Shown here: piece by piece, positions 27,020-39,583 of the stretch
Layout: every line of letters starts with the position of its first letter
How positions within the stretch are numbered: the stretch's first letter is position 1
Source: Chiloscyllium plagiosum
Taxonomy: Eukaryota
DNA length: 64,000 bases
Direction: 5' to 3'
Assembly (NCBI RefSeq): GCF_004010195.1
Contig: NC_057753.1
Coordinates: 6,375,277-6,439,276, forward strand
Notes under the pieces: generated by a model
What the model saw: the letters and a program-made list of their open reading frames with translations, nothing else
Database searches by the model: none
Told to the model about the DNA's origin: nothing
Position numbers and translations under genes: made by a program

Positions 27020-27335
27020 TTCCTATAATGAGGCAATCAGAACTGGACATATTATGTTAATTGTAGTCTAACCAGGGCCCTATTGAATTGTCATATAACA
27101 TTGCAGCTCTTAAACTCAGTCCCCTCGCTCATGAAAGCCAACATTCAATATGCCTTCCTAAAAGCCTTATCAAGCCGGGTGATAACTTTGAAGGATCTAT
27201 CGACATGGTGCCCAAGATCCCTGTATTCCTCCACACTGCTTAAAATCCTGCCTTTAAACCTGTATTCTGCATACAACTTTGACCTTCCAAAATTAATCAC
27301 TTCATAGTTTTCCATGATCGACTCAATGTTCACGG
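27020..27335 (-). mobile_element. CR1 RT fragment
   Basis: YEVINFGRSKLYAEYRFKGRILSSVEEYRDLG. Confidence 0.75.
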
Positions 27336-28979
27336 GCCTTTCATACCTCCATGCAGGTTCTTGTTATGAAAGAATGTTGTTAATATATTGATGAACAACG
27401 AATATCAGACAGTGCATGACGAAACTGAGTTTCTCTAAGCGGCAACGCTCCTCTTGGAAGGGTGTTAATCTGAAAAAAAGTTCAGATTCTGTTGACTGAA
27501 ACACAGAAGGTCCCTTTCCTGATGTGCTGTCAAAAACAGACAGATGGGCTAACAACGCTGATAATTAAAAACATTATGGTAAGAGCATTCATTTTATTTT
27601 ACTGTGTTCGAGCAAACTGTCTGATATTAAAGACCGATTTTTCTGATGAATATTCTTTAATGCCCCACCCTAAAAATCGCTGTTGCCTAACACCTCATCT
27701 GTTGCTGAAACCTTCACCAATGCCTCTGTTCAGTTTGTGCTTGAGAACTGCAATGTTCGCTTGATTAGTCTACAGTGTTGCAAGTACATCTGCCTGCGAT
27801 TTACGAAATCTTCACTCAATCCAAGTCATGTTGCCCACCAGTGGCGTCTTTATTTATCTTCAAAAGCCCCTGATCCATCAATTTCGAAATCTACAGCTTA
27901 GATGTGAATTCATCATGACATTCCACTTTGCACCATTTTCTGCAACATCTCTTCTGCTATATTATGACTTCCTCATTTTAATCAAAATATTATGAAAATG
28001 CTTGCTTTCATATGACCCGGTGTGAAATTCTGAAACCCTCCGAATTTATCCAATGCCTTCCTCTTTTTAAGATGTTCCTTGAAATCTCCCACATTGACAA
28101 AACGCTATTATAATGACAAAAGCTTCCATGACTCAATTTTCGGAGATATTTTGTTAGCAGTCAACGGTTGAGTATACTGGTGAGTAATGATAACTTTCAA
28201 ACAATTGGCTCAATAAAATCAGTTACCCCTGTTCATGCACGTTGTGAGATCTAAATTGCCCATCAACACTTCCAAAATTTATCTCGTTACTCGTGGATAG
28301 ATTCAGCGTTTACATAAAGAAAAGTCAGCATATTTCATTTATTTGCAAATCTGCCTTAACCTTTCATGGTTAAACCTCAGCATTTTATATCCTCAGCTCG
28401 AGCAGTCTGCAGTACTGCCACGCAAGCTGCTAAGCGAATCAGCTTGAGATTTTCAAATCCCCTTCATGCAATCATTGAAAGTTCTCGAACTATAAGATAT
28501 ACTCTGACAAAAAAAGATGCAATACGTTTCGGGATTCAGTCTTGTAGTATGTTGGAAATCATGAACCTCTATTGCCAGGACTGTCAAAAGATTGAACTCT
28601 ACTTTTGTAATGATTGTAACCGTTCCAAAATGTTCTTTCCTTTCGGACAGAGGTGCACTGAAAACACAGACTGCGGTTTCTGTTATTCAGGAGATTGTAT
28701 TTATTTCCAACAAGAATCTCTACCTTAAAGTAAATAACTATGAACTCATAACTGATAGCTCTACTATCTTATTCTCTATTCGACATATACATTGTCCCAC
28801 ATAAACATTGATATAGATGCAAGAATACAAAATGCGTTGTGGTTATGCAGGAGAGAGGAAATAAAGAGGGTAGCGTTATAGTTGACACACAATGCTCTGA
28901 GGTGATGCTTTTTATGAACAGCATTTGACAGCTGTTGATCATGTCTTTCCATGCTGCTTTTTGCTGGCTTGCAAGAGAC

Positions 28980-29335
28980 ACAGATTCATACAGTAATGCA
29001 GCAAATAAAACCCTTCTGTCCAACTAATCCATACCGACCGTAACTACAAACTAAACTCGTCTCAATTGCCTGAGGTCGACACATATGGCTCCACCCATTC
29101 TTATTCGTGTACTTATCCAAATGTCTTTTAAACATTGCGATGGAACGGGCAACCATGACTTCCTCTGGCAGGTCATTTCATACTTGTACCTCAAACTGTG
29201 CAAAATATATTCCTTCTCATGTCTTTGCAAATTTCTCTTCTCACCTTAAAATTATACCCTCTGGCCTTGAAATACCCCGTTCAGTGTATTGATAAATTTG
29301 CCTTGTTGACAAATCTCATGATTGTAAAGACCTTT
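28980..29335 (-). mobile_element. CR1 3' end fragment
   Basis: Reverse-complement CR1 3' UTR (CCAAATGTCTTTTAAAC, ACTTCCTCTGGCAGGTCATTTCA). Confidence 0.65.
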
Positions 29336-29344
29336 GCAGATTGC

Positions 29345-30657
29345 CTTTCAATCACCCCACCTCCCACCACCAAACCATCATCCCCCAGACCATCCATAAC
29401 CTCATCACCTCAGGGGATCTTCCATCCACCGCCTCCAACCTCATAGCCCCACAACCACGCACCGCCCGTTTCTACCTTCTGCCCAAAATCCACAAACCTG
29501 ACTGCCCCGGCCGACCCATTGTCTCAGCCTGCTCCTGCCCCATCGAACTCATCTCTACATACCACGACACGGTCCTGTCCCCCTTAGTCCAAGAACTCCC
29601 CACCTACGTGCGGGACAGCACCCATGCCCTCCACCTCCTCCATGATTTTCGCTTCCCCGGTCCCCAACGCCTTATCTTCACCATGGACATCCAGTTCCTG
29701 TACACCTCCATCCCCCATCACGAAGGACTCAAAGCCATCCGCTTCCTCCTTTGCCGCCATACCAACCAGTACTCTTCCACTGACACCTTCCTTCGACTGA
29801 CTGAACTGGTCCTCACCCTGAATAAATTATCTTTCCAATCTTCCCACTTCCTGCAAACCAAAGGAGTAGCCATGGACACCCGCATGCGCCCCAGCTATGT
29901 CTGCCTCTTCGTAGGATATGTGGAACAGTCCATCTTCCGCAGCTACACTGGCACCACCCCCCTACCTTTTCCTCCGCTACATCGATGACTGTATCGGCGC
30001 TGCCTCGTGCTCCAACGAGGAGGTTGAAAAGTTCATCTACTTTACCAACACCTTCTACCCCGACCTCAAATTCACCTGGACCGTCTCAGACTCCTCCCTC
30101 CCCTTCCTAGACCTTCCAATTTTTATCTCGGACGACCGAATCAATACTGACATTAACTTTAAACCGGCCGACTCCCACAGGTACCTAGACTACACCTCCT
30201 CCCACACTGCCCCCTGTAAAAACGCCATCCCATATTCCCAATTCCTTCGTCTCTGCCGCATCTGCTCCCAGGCGGACCAGTTCCAATACCGTACAAACCA
30301 AATGGCCTCCTTCTTCAAAGATCGCAATTTCCCCCCAGACGTGATCGACGATGCCCTCCACCGCATCTACTCCACTTCCCGCTCCTCCGCCCTTGAGCCC
30401 CGCCCCTCCAATCCCCACCAGGACAGAACCCCACTGGTCCTCACCGACCACCCCACCAATCTCCATATTCATCGTATCATCTGTCGTCATTTCCGCTACC
30501 TCCAAACAGACCCCACCACCAAGGATATATTTCCTTCCCCTCCCCTATCAGCGTTCCGAAAAGACCACTCCCTCCAGGGCTCATGCCCGAAACGTCGATT
30601 CTCCTGCTCTTTGGATGCTGCCTGACCTGCTGCGCTTTTCTAGCAACACATTTTCAG
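29345..30657 (+). mobile_element. Penelope-like element RT region, endonuclease deleted, joined to a partial terminal repeat
   Basis: FYLLPKIHKPDCPGRPIVS, FTMDIQFLYTSIP, QTKGVAM, FLRYIDDC, LPFLDL, HRYLDYTSSH, IPYSQFLRLCRICS; frameshift near 29955; ends AGGGCTCATGCCCGAAACGTCGATT...ACACATTTTCAG. Confidence 0.9.
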
Positions 30658-30699
30658 TTTCAATCTCTTATGCTCCAATTAAATATAGGAACAACATTT

Positions 30700-31620
30700 T
30701 CAGCTTCTCTTTATAACATAAACGTTACATTCCATTTGAAATTCCCTATAAATGTCTGCTGAACTCTCTTCAGCTCAATAATAACTTTCTTATAATAGGT
30801 TGAACAGGAATAGACAATAGTATTCCATGAGAGACCTGACTAACATTCTATAAAACTTCGAAATGACAACGCCAAACCTCTGAGCAATGAAATCAAACAG
30901 ACAGAAGCATTCTTAATGATCCTGTCTATATGTGATGCATACCTCAAATAATTATGTAGTTAAACTCTGAGGTTCTTCTTGTCTATAATACTATCTATGG
31001 CCCTATATTACATGAAAAAATCATGCTCTTGTTGTTTTGCAAAATAAGATACTTCATACTCATTCATATTGCACTCCATCTGCCATTGTTCAGCTCTTTC
31101 ACCCATTCGATCAAGATGCCTTTGTACCCTTAGAAATCCAACTTCACTGCCGACTAGGCCAGTAATTTTGCTGTCGTCCACAGACTTACTATCGTTTTGA
31201 TTCACAATGATTCACCTCCAAATCGTTTATGTAAATGGAAAGTAAAACAGATCCCGCATGATTCCCTCTAAATCACTGCTGGCTACCGGCCTCTCATCTG
31301 AAAAACATCTCTCCACCATTAATCTCTGCCTCCTGCTGGCAAGCGTATTTTATATCTGATTGGTAAACTAAACCTGAATCCCATGTGATCAAACTTTACT
31401 GATTAGACGAGATTGTGAATCCTTGTCAAAGGCTTCACTGAAGTCCAAGAAAACAAGCTATACCGGCTTCCCTTATCAATCTTTTTGTATTTTTGGACAG
31501 AAAACTCAATCAAGTTTGCGAGATACGATTTCCCTCGTAGTAAACCATGGCGCCTTTTTTCAATCATTCCCTCCCTCAGGAAATGGAGATACATTTTATA
31601 TTTTAGAATCACTGGCAACA
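30700..31620 (-). mobile_element. CR1 RT fragment, decayed
   Basis: RHGLLRGKSYLANLIEF and AEQWQMECNM motifs on the minus strand. Confidence 0.75.
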
Positions 31621-32433
31621 CTTTTCTACATATAACATGCAGGTAGATCTCGTGCAAATTGCGTTTTGGCACCGCGATTTGTCTAAAAATTCACTGAAGA
31701 ATTTGGGAACTTCATTTCTGAGAATTCTTACAGCTGTTTACAAAAGCACAATTCAAACGCTTCACAAACGTCACTCCACGCATGTGGTTATGGTCAGAGC
31801 ATATGAAAGATACAGTACTATGCATTTTGTATCTTCATGTCAAAAATGAACAACTGGTGCTCTCCCTCAGAGACAGGAGTATTTTCGTGTAATTCCTGTA
31901 TCAACACAATATAATCCCTTCAGAACTGCAGTACTCTTATACATACGATTTGCCTTTCGAATTTCTTCTTGTAACTGGATATCACGCAATCTGTACCAAC
32001 CTCCGAGAAACAAACAGAAGACAATCAAACAAAGCTGTCCCCTTTACAACCACAGCTACACTTGAAGGTGGCGGTAATGATGAACCCCTGTCCCTGCAGT
32101 AATAAAGTTTTCTCAATATAATGTGTTAAATGTACGCTTGCTTCTTATATATATATATGATTTAAATCTTCATTCACGCAATCCCATACTTTTTGTTAGA
32201 CGTTGGATGATGTTTGAGCGAACACGACTGATGCTGTTGTGCCACCAACCCCATAGGCTCCATAACTTCCAATTAAGGGTTACTTTCTATTAAGTGCGGT
32301 TTCCCTGGAATGTTATAGGAGAAGTAGCTGCATGATTATTTCCTTCTTCTTGACTAGAAGCTCAACACGCTTATTCATTTATTGGTTGTCACCTCGTCGT
32401 ATGACAGAAATTAATGATGTCTTCATGCTTCTG

Positions 32434-32722
32434 CGGTGTCAAGATGGTTCAGTGGTTACAGCTCACAGCACGAGGCAGCCAGGTTGAATTCCAACCTCGG
32501 GCGACTGTCAGTGTGGAGCTTGCACATTATCTCTTTGTCTGCGTTGGTTTCCTCTGGATATTCCGCATCTAAAGGTGATTAGACTATGTCAAATTGCCCA
32601 TTAGTGTTCACGGATGTAGAGGTTAGTTGAATTCGTTCGGACAAGTGCAAATGTCCGGATAGGGAAATGCCTAGTTGTGGATGCGTTCGGCCAAATGGCT
32701 TTTCCACACAGCAGTTATTCGA
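32434..32722 (+). mobile_element. HE1-like SINE, degenerate
   Basis: GGTTCAGTGGTTA...GGTTGAATTCCAACCTCGGGCGACTGTC...GTGGAGCTTGCACATT. Confidence 0.65.
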
Positions 32723-32927
32723 TGAAAATTACCACTGGAACGCAAACATAATAATTCAGAAATCTCGTCTTCACACTTTAGAAATCTCCCCATTTGTCAG
32801 ACGCCCTTTTATGTGCAAACAGTCAACACGAATCAACATTTGAAATTTCTTGTCGCATTCCAATTGTTGAACTATCTCAGATGTCTCAACATATTTATTT
32901 CTCGATTCCACTATGATTACTTTTCGT

Positions 32928-33207
32928 GATTAGATTCTTTACAGTATGGAAACAGGACCTTTGGCCCAAAAAGTCACCAACCCTCCGAAGGGTAAGCGAC
33001 AAATACCCCTTCCACGAACCTATATTTACCACTGACTGGGCAATTTTGCATAGCTAATTCAACGTACCTGCACATCTTTGGAATGTGAAAGGAAGGTAGA
33101 CCTCATAGAGGAAACCCACGGGGACAATGTGAAAACTCCAGACAGGCAGTCGTCCGAGGCGGGAATCAAACTCGGGTCCCCGGCGCTATGAGACAGCGTG
33201 CCGCCCA
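32928..33207 (-). mobile_element. HE1-like SINE (most of it duplicated at 34221-34452)
   Basis: GATTAGATT tail, CTGCACATCTTTGG, ends CGTGCCGCCC. Confidence 0.8.
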
Positions 33208-33772
33208 CATGGAGGCTTACAGTGCAATATCAAGAATTTTCATTTTTATTATCAACCCGAAAGTTACACTTGACTACTTTTCAGAAATACTGTCGCTTGT
33301 TTCAGAAATAATGTTTTCCTTACTGAAAATCTCTACTCCCCGTCCACTTCTTGCCTCCAATTCTATCATTCGCATAGCATTTACAACATAGATCATTGAG
33401 CTGCCACACCTGTTATTTCCTCAAATTTAAGGACGAGACCCGACTTTGCAATCCCATCTCTCTTAACATTCACTGAGTTCATCAGCTTAACCTGTAAAAT
33501 TCCTTTCCCTGAACAAGATGCAGTTCAATTCTTCAGAGATACTTCATTCTCTGATTCTCCGTTGTATGTTCATTTTCTAATTAACTTGTTTTTTTTTGCA
33601 ATCAATATTTTCCGATTTATCGTTCCATTTGTAAGGCTGCTTATTCTTGTTCCACCACAGATCCATCCACACTAACATTTTTCAGAGTCCCTTACGAGAA
33701 TAAACAAACAGAGCGAGTGGTTTACAAATTAGAAATGTATGTGAATTACTGGTCAAGAGTTACATTCTACAG
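32976..33772 (+). repeat. 797-bp direct duplication, copy 1
   Basis: Matches 34221-35017 at a constant offset of 1245; three substitutions seen by eye. Confidence 0.95.
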
Positions 33773-33829
33773 TTGAAACTTTATTGCTGGAACAGCACAG
33801 CAGGTCAGGCAGCATCCAGGGAACAGGAG

Positions 33830-33865
33830 ATTCGACGTTTCGGGCACAGGCCCTTCTTCAGGAAT
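33830..33865 (-). ncRNA. Minimal hammerhead ribozyme motif in a Penelope terminus (about 33773-33915)
   Basis: Minus strand ATTC-CTGAAGA-A-GGGC-CTGT-GCCC-GAAA-C-GTC-GAAT: perfect 4-bp stems I and II and intact core. Confidence 0.75.
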
Positions 33866-34220
33866 GAGCAGAGAGTGTTCAGCAGGAGAAGATAAAAGGT
33901 AGGGAGGAGGGACTTGTCTGGAATCCAAGACCAGGAGGCTGGCAGAACCTGTGTTATTGTTACACTGTGGCTGAGAGGTGTTAGACAGAAATCTTTCCCC
34001 ACCTTGCCTGTGCAGTGACTTCCCCAAGCTTTACAGCTTCTACTTTAGAACACGACCAGTCTGCACCACATGGAGGGTAGTTCTTTACATTATAAGACCA
34101 GCAAGTTTTTGACAGGCCAAAGAACATCTTTTGCCGAGTTGATGGTCCTCCAGCAGATAGAGGCATAGAGTCATAGAGATTTACAGGACGGAAACAGACC
34201 CTTTGGTCCAACATGTCCAT

Positions 34221-35017
34221 ACCAACCCTCCGAAGGGTAAGCGACAAATACCCCTTCCACGAACCTATATTTACCACTGACTGGGCAATTTTGCATAGCT
34301 AATTCAACGTACCTGCACATCTTTGGAATGTGAAAGGAAGGTAGACCTCATAGAGGAAACCCACGGGGACAATGTGAAAACTCCAGACAGGCAGTCGTCC
34401 GAGGCGGGAATCAAACTCGGGTCCCCGGCGCTATGAGACAGCGTGCCGCCCACATGGAGGCTTACAGTGCAATATCAAGAATTTTCATTTTTATTATCAA
34501 CCCGAAAGTTACACTTGACTACTTTTCAGAAATACTGTCGCTTGTTTCAGAAATAATGTTTTCCTTACTGAAAATCTCTACTCCCCGTCCACTTCTTGCC
34601 TACAATTCTATCATTCGCATAGCATTTACAACATAGATCGTTGAGCTGCCACACCTGTCATTTCCTCAAATTTAAGGACGAGACCCGACTTTGCAATCCC
34701 ATCTCTCTTAACATTCACTGAGTTCATCAGCTTAACCTGTAAAATTCCTTTCCCTGAACAAGATGCAGTTCAATTCTTCAGAGATACTTCATTCTCTGAT
34801 TCTCCGTTGTATGTTCATTTTCTAATTAACTTGTTTTTTTTTGCAATCAATATTTTCCGATTTATCGTTCCATTTGTAAGGCTGCTTATTCTTGTTCCAC
34901 CACAGATCCATCCACACTAACATTTTTCAGAGTCCCTTACGAGAATAAACAAACAGAGCGAGTGGTTTACAAATTAGAAATGTATGTGAATTACTGGTCA
35001 AGAGTTACATTCTACAG
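34221..35017 (+). repeat. 797-bp direct duplication, copy 2
   Basis: Matches 32976-33772; ORFs 33188 and 34433 differ by one residue. Confidence 0.95.
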
Positions 35018-35525
35018 CAATGGACTCTCGAAGAAAATGGCCTTTTACAGGCCTCAATTTTTTGGAATGCAAGAGGGCACAACATCACTCCTTGTGAAGG
35101 TTCTATGGTTTTGCAAGTATCTTTCATATCCAGCTAATGTACACTGGTGACAGCCATAAACTATCGGCCGTTGTCACCCACAACTCAATCAATTCTATAG
35201 TTTGGGCAATTCATGCTACGAATGCCTTTGTTCCTGCCAGCCTATAAACAACAACCCTCCACAACGTCTCGTGGTAGTTGTATAATGATATTCTTTCTAC
35301 CATATTTCAAAGAATTGCAGCAACCCCTTTCAAAATCCATCATTTTAAAACAGCCCTTTTACTTTGTCAGTTCACAATAAAAATATACAGAAACATAGGC
35401 ATTTAGAAGTGCAAGAAACGCACCTGAAAATATTTAAATGTGACTGCGAGAGAAGTAGATTAACAAGAGAGGGAGAAGGAGAAATAAGTTCTCAGTGAAA
35501 GCTGAGGGAACAAGAAACGAGAAAT

Positions 35526-37012
35526 GCAATTGCTTCGCCACTTGCGAAGATCTTTGCTTCCTCGCTATCCACTGGAGTCGTACCTGAGGACTGGAGAGAG
35601 GCAAATGTAATTTCTCTCTTCAAGAAAGGAAATAGGGAAATCCCTGGCAATTACATACCAGTAAGTCTCACGTCTGTCGTCTGCAAGATGTTAGAAAGGA
35701 TTCTGAGGGATAGTATTTATGAAATTCTGGAAGAACATGGCTTGATTAAATGCAGTCAACACGGCTTTGTGAGCGGCAGGTCATGCTTCACAAACCTTAT
35801 CGAGTTCTTTGAGGATGTGACTTTGAGAAAAGTTGATGAGGGTCGAGCTGTGGGTGTGGTGTATGTGGAATTCAGCAAGGCATTTGATAAGGTTCCCCAT
35901 GGTAGGCTCCTTCAGAAGGTCAGGAGAAATGGGATTCAGGGGAACTTAGCTGTCTGGATACAGAATTGGCTGGCCAACAGAAGACAGCGAGTGGTACTGA
36001 AAGGAAAATATTCTGCCTGGAAGTCTGTGGTGAGTGGTGTTCCACAGGGCTCTGTCCTTGGGCCTCCATTGTTTGTAATGTTTATTAATGACTAGGATGA
36101 GGGCATTGAAGGATGGGTCAGCAAGTTTGCAGATGACACAAAGGTTGGAGGTGTCGTTGACAGTATAGAGGGCTATTGTAAGCTGCAGCGGGACATTGAC
36201 AGTATGCAGAGATGGGCTGAGAGGTGGCAGATGGAGTTCAACATGGATAAATGCGAGCTGATGCATTTTGGAAGGTCGAATTTGAAAACTGAGTACAGGA
36301 TTAAGGATAAGATTTTTGGCAGTGTGGAGGAACACAGGGATCTTGATGTGCAGGTACATAGATCCCTTAAAATGGCCATCCAAGTGGACAGGGTTGTTAA
36401 GAAAGCATATGGTGTTTTGGCTTTCATTAACAGGGGGATTGAGTTTAAGAGTCGTGAGATCTTGTTGCAGCTCTATAAAACTTTGGTTAGACCGCACTTG
36501 GAATACTGCAAACAGTTCTGGTCGCCCTATTATAGGAAAGATGTGGATGCTTTAAAGCAGGTTCAGAGGAGGTTTACCAGGATGATGCCTGGACTGGAGC
36601 GCTTATCTTATGAGGAGAGGTTGACTGAGCTCGGACTTTTTTCATTGGAGAAAAGGAGGAGGAGAGGGGACCTAATTGAGGTATACAAGATAATGAGAGG
36701 CATAGATAGATTCGATAGCCAGAGACTATTCCCCAGGGCAGAAATGACTAACACGAGGGGTCATAGTTTTAAGCTGGTTGGAGGAAAGTGTAGAGGGGAT
36801 GTCAGACGCGGGTTCTTTATCCAGAGAGTTGTAAGAGCATGGAATGCGTTGCCAGCAGCAGTTGTGGAAGCATGGTCATTGGGGACATTTAAGAGACCAG
36901 TGGACATGCATATGGTCACAGAAATGTGAGGGTGCATACATGGGGATCAGTGTTCGGCACAACATCGTGGGCTGAAGGGACTGTTCTGTGCTGTACTGTT
37001 TTATGTTCTAAT
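35526..37012 (+). mobile_element. CR1 LINE, 5'-truncated, relatively young
   Basis: [46 protein letters not shown]; 3' UTR ending TGTTTTATGTTCTA. Confidence 0.93.
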
Positions 37013-38404
37013 GCTGCACAAGGAGTGAGCAAAAAAAAAAGTCAAGGCCACTCGTCTTAATGCCAAAAATGAAGGAATGTTTCGAGCAAGGCAGTGCAAG
37101 AAATGTACATGCAAAACAAATGGATATGACGTAAATGCTGGAAAATTTGCGAAGCTCAGAGAAGCAGGTCGGCCTGGACATGATAATGGTTAAATCACAA
37201 GTTAATGCATAAATACTGAAAGCCGTTCGGAAAACTGATAAAATGACACCAATTCTCACCTGCTGAACTCAATGCAAAAATATGCCAGTTGTGTTTCATT
37301 TATGCAGGAGTTTGTGAAATCAGACATGGAGCATCGTAAAAGTCATTAACCTTCTTAGTTAAGGAAACATATAAAAGTTATGACATCAAATCAGAAACGA
37401 ATTAATCATTTATGATTTCGAACATGTGCCAGGAATGTTTGGGCATAAAATGCTGGCATATGTTGAAGCTTAAAAGTCTGACTTAACATAAACATATACA
37501 TTCGTGAAGAGTCTTGTAATAGTGTCGAAAGCATGCTTTATTTTCTGCAGAAATGTACGGAACTGGAGAATATTTAAAAAAAAAACATTCTCTCACTTGA
37601 GGTCGAGCCACGGAAAATTATTTTGTGCAAGTGGCACTTGGCATTTTCCTTCTCTAAATCCAAAAGAAACAGAGAATTGAATACTTATAAGGCAGAAGTA
37701 GATGAATACTTCCGAATTGGTAAGCATGTTGAATAATCATATCAGTCATAACCTTATTGAATTAGAAAGGAGATACAACGGGGCATAAAATATATTCCTT
37801 CTTCTTTTCTATATATCTGGATGTGCATATGTATGTCTGTAAAATGCAGTGCAGCAAAAATAAATTTGTGAATAACCGATGAATTGAAGCACGAAATTAT
37901 AAATATGTTAGGAGTGCTATAGTATTTGCAGAGCTTTGCACATTTCGCTAATTTTTGGGGCAGCGAGTTTTGAAGAGTTGTGGAATGCTGAAGGGACAGA
38001 GTAAGGGAAACATAGGTCTTAGACGATTACAGAGACTGGAATGCTTTCGGACCTGCCAGCGATTGTTGATCAATGTGGGTCAGGTTGCGGGTTATGCAAA
38101 TTGATTTTCAGGGTGACCCGTACGGAGAACCATATATAGTAAAGGAAACTTCTGAGTGACTGATTAAAGAGGGTGATAGTTGTAAATTCTGGAGAGCATG
38201 CAGAAACACAAAGGGGCGTGATGGATAAAGGGATTCACAGGAGCAGAACAAGGTGGAGTGGAGTGAATATTTTTGGGATATAGGTGATTACAATGTTAGG
38301 CAAAGTTATATATTTTGGAATAAGACATTGGATAAAAATATAATAAATTGGGATACGTTCGTCTTTGGATTAACATTTGTCATTACCTTCATTCACATTG
38401 AAAT

Positions 38405-39583
38405 TACGTCATGAAATACAGGGAGAAGTAACCATTTGGATACAGAACTGGTTCAAAGGGAGAAGACAGAGGGTGGTGGTGGAGGGTTGTTTTTCAGACT
38501 GGAGGCCTGTGACCAGTGGAGTGCCACAAGGATCGGTGCTTAGTCCTCTACTTTTTGTCATTTACATCAATTATTTGGATCCGAGCATAAGAGGTACAGG
38601 TAGTAAGTTTGCAGATGACACCAAAAGAGGGTTGTTTTTCAGACTGGAGGCCTGTGACCAGTGGAGTGCCACAAGGATCGGTGCTTAGTCCTCTACTTTT
38701 TGTCATTTACATAAATTATTTGGATCCGAGCATAAGAGCATAAGTAAGTTTGCAGATGACACCAAAATTGGAGGTGTAGTGGACAGCGAAGTGGGTTACC
38801 TCAGATTACAAAAGGATATTGACCAGATGGGACAATGGACTGAGAAGTGACAGATGGGTTTAATTCAGATAAATGCGAGATGCTGCATTTTGGGAAAGCA
38901 AATCTTAGCAGGACTTATACACTTAATGGTAAGGTCCTGGGGAGTGTTGCTGAAAAAAGAGGTCTTGGAGTGCAGGTTCATAGCTCCTTGAAATTTGAGT
39001 CGCAGATAGATAGGGTAGTGAAGAAGGTATTGGTATGCTTTCATTTATTTGTCAGAGTATTGGCATGTCAAGTTGTGGGTGTACAGGACATTGGAATATT
39101 GCGTGCAATTCTGGTCTCCTTCCTGCCAGGGTTGGAAGATTTGTGCTGTAGGGCGAGGCTGAAAAGGCTGGGGCTGTTTTCCCTTTAGTGTCAGAGGCTG
39201 AGGGGTGACCGTATAGAGTTTACAAAATTATGAGAGACATGGATAGGGTAACTAGGCAAAGTTTTTTTTCCCCTGGGTTCGGGGAGTCCAGAACTAGAGG
39301 GCATAGATTTAGTGAGAGAGCGGAAAGATATAAAGAGAGACCGAAGGGGCAACATTTTTCACACAGAGGATGGTACGGGTATGGAAAAAGCTGCCAGAGG
39401 AAGTGGTGGATGCTTGTACAATTGCAACATTTAAGAGGCATTTGGATGTGTATATTAATAGGTTTTGGAGGGATCTGAGCCGGGTGCTGGCAGGTGGGAT
39501 TAGGTTGGGTTGGGATATCTGGTCGGCATGGACAGGTTGGACCAAAGGGACTGTTTCCATGCTGTAAATATCTATGACTCTAT
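38405..39583 (+). mobile_element. CR1 LINE 3' fragment with internal tandem duplication (38482-38626 and 38627-38767)
   Basis: [13 protein letters not shown] and KFADDTK each present twice; tail CTATGACTCTAT abuts the end of GPCR copy B. Confidence 0.9.

Noticed and set aside
28139..28170. GDILLAVNG, PDZ-like nonapeptide
   Set aside because: Immediately followed by a stop; too short to be significant.
31940..32100. Minus strand hydrophobic stretch LCLIVFCLFLGGWYRLRDIQLQEEIRKAN near splice-like sites
   Set aside because: Upstream in-frame stops and no identifiable family.
37250..37327. Minus strand MSDFTNSCINETQLAYFCIEFS followed by AG|GTGAGA
   Set aside because: Exon-like, but no recognisable homology and no partner exon found.
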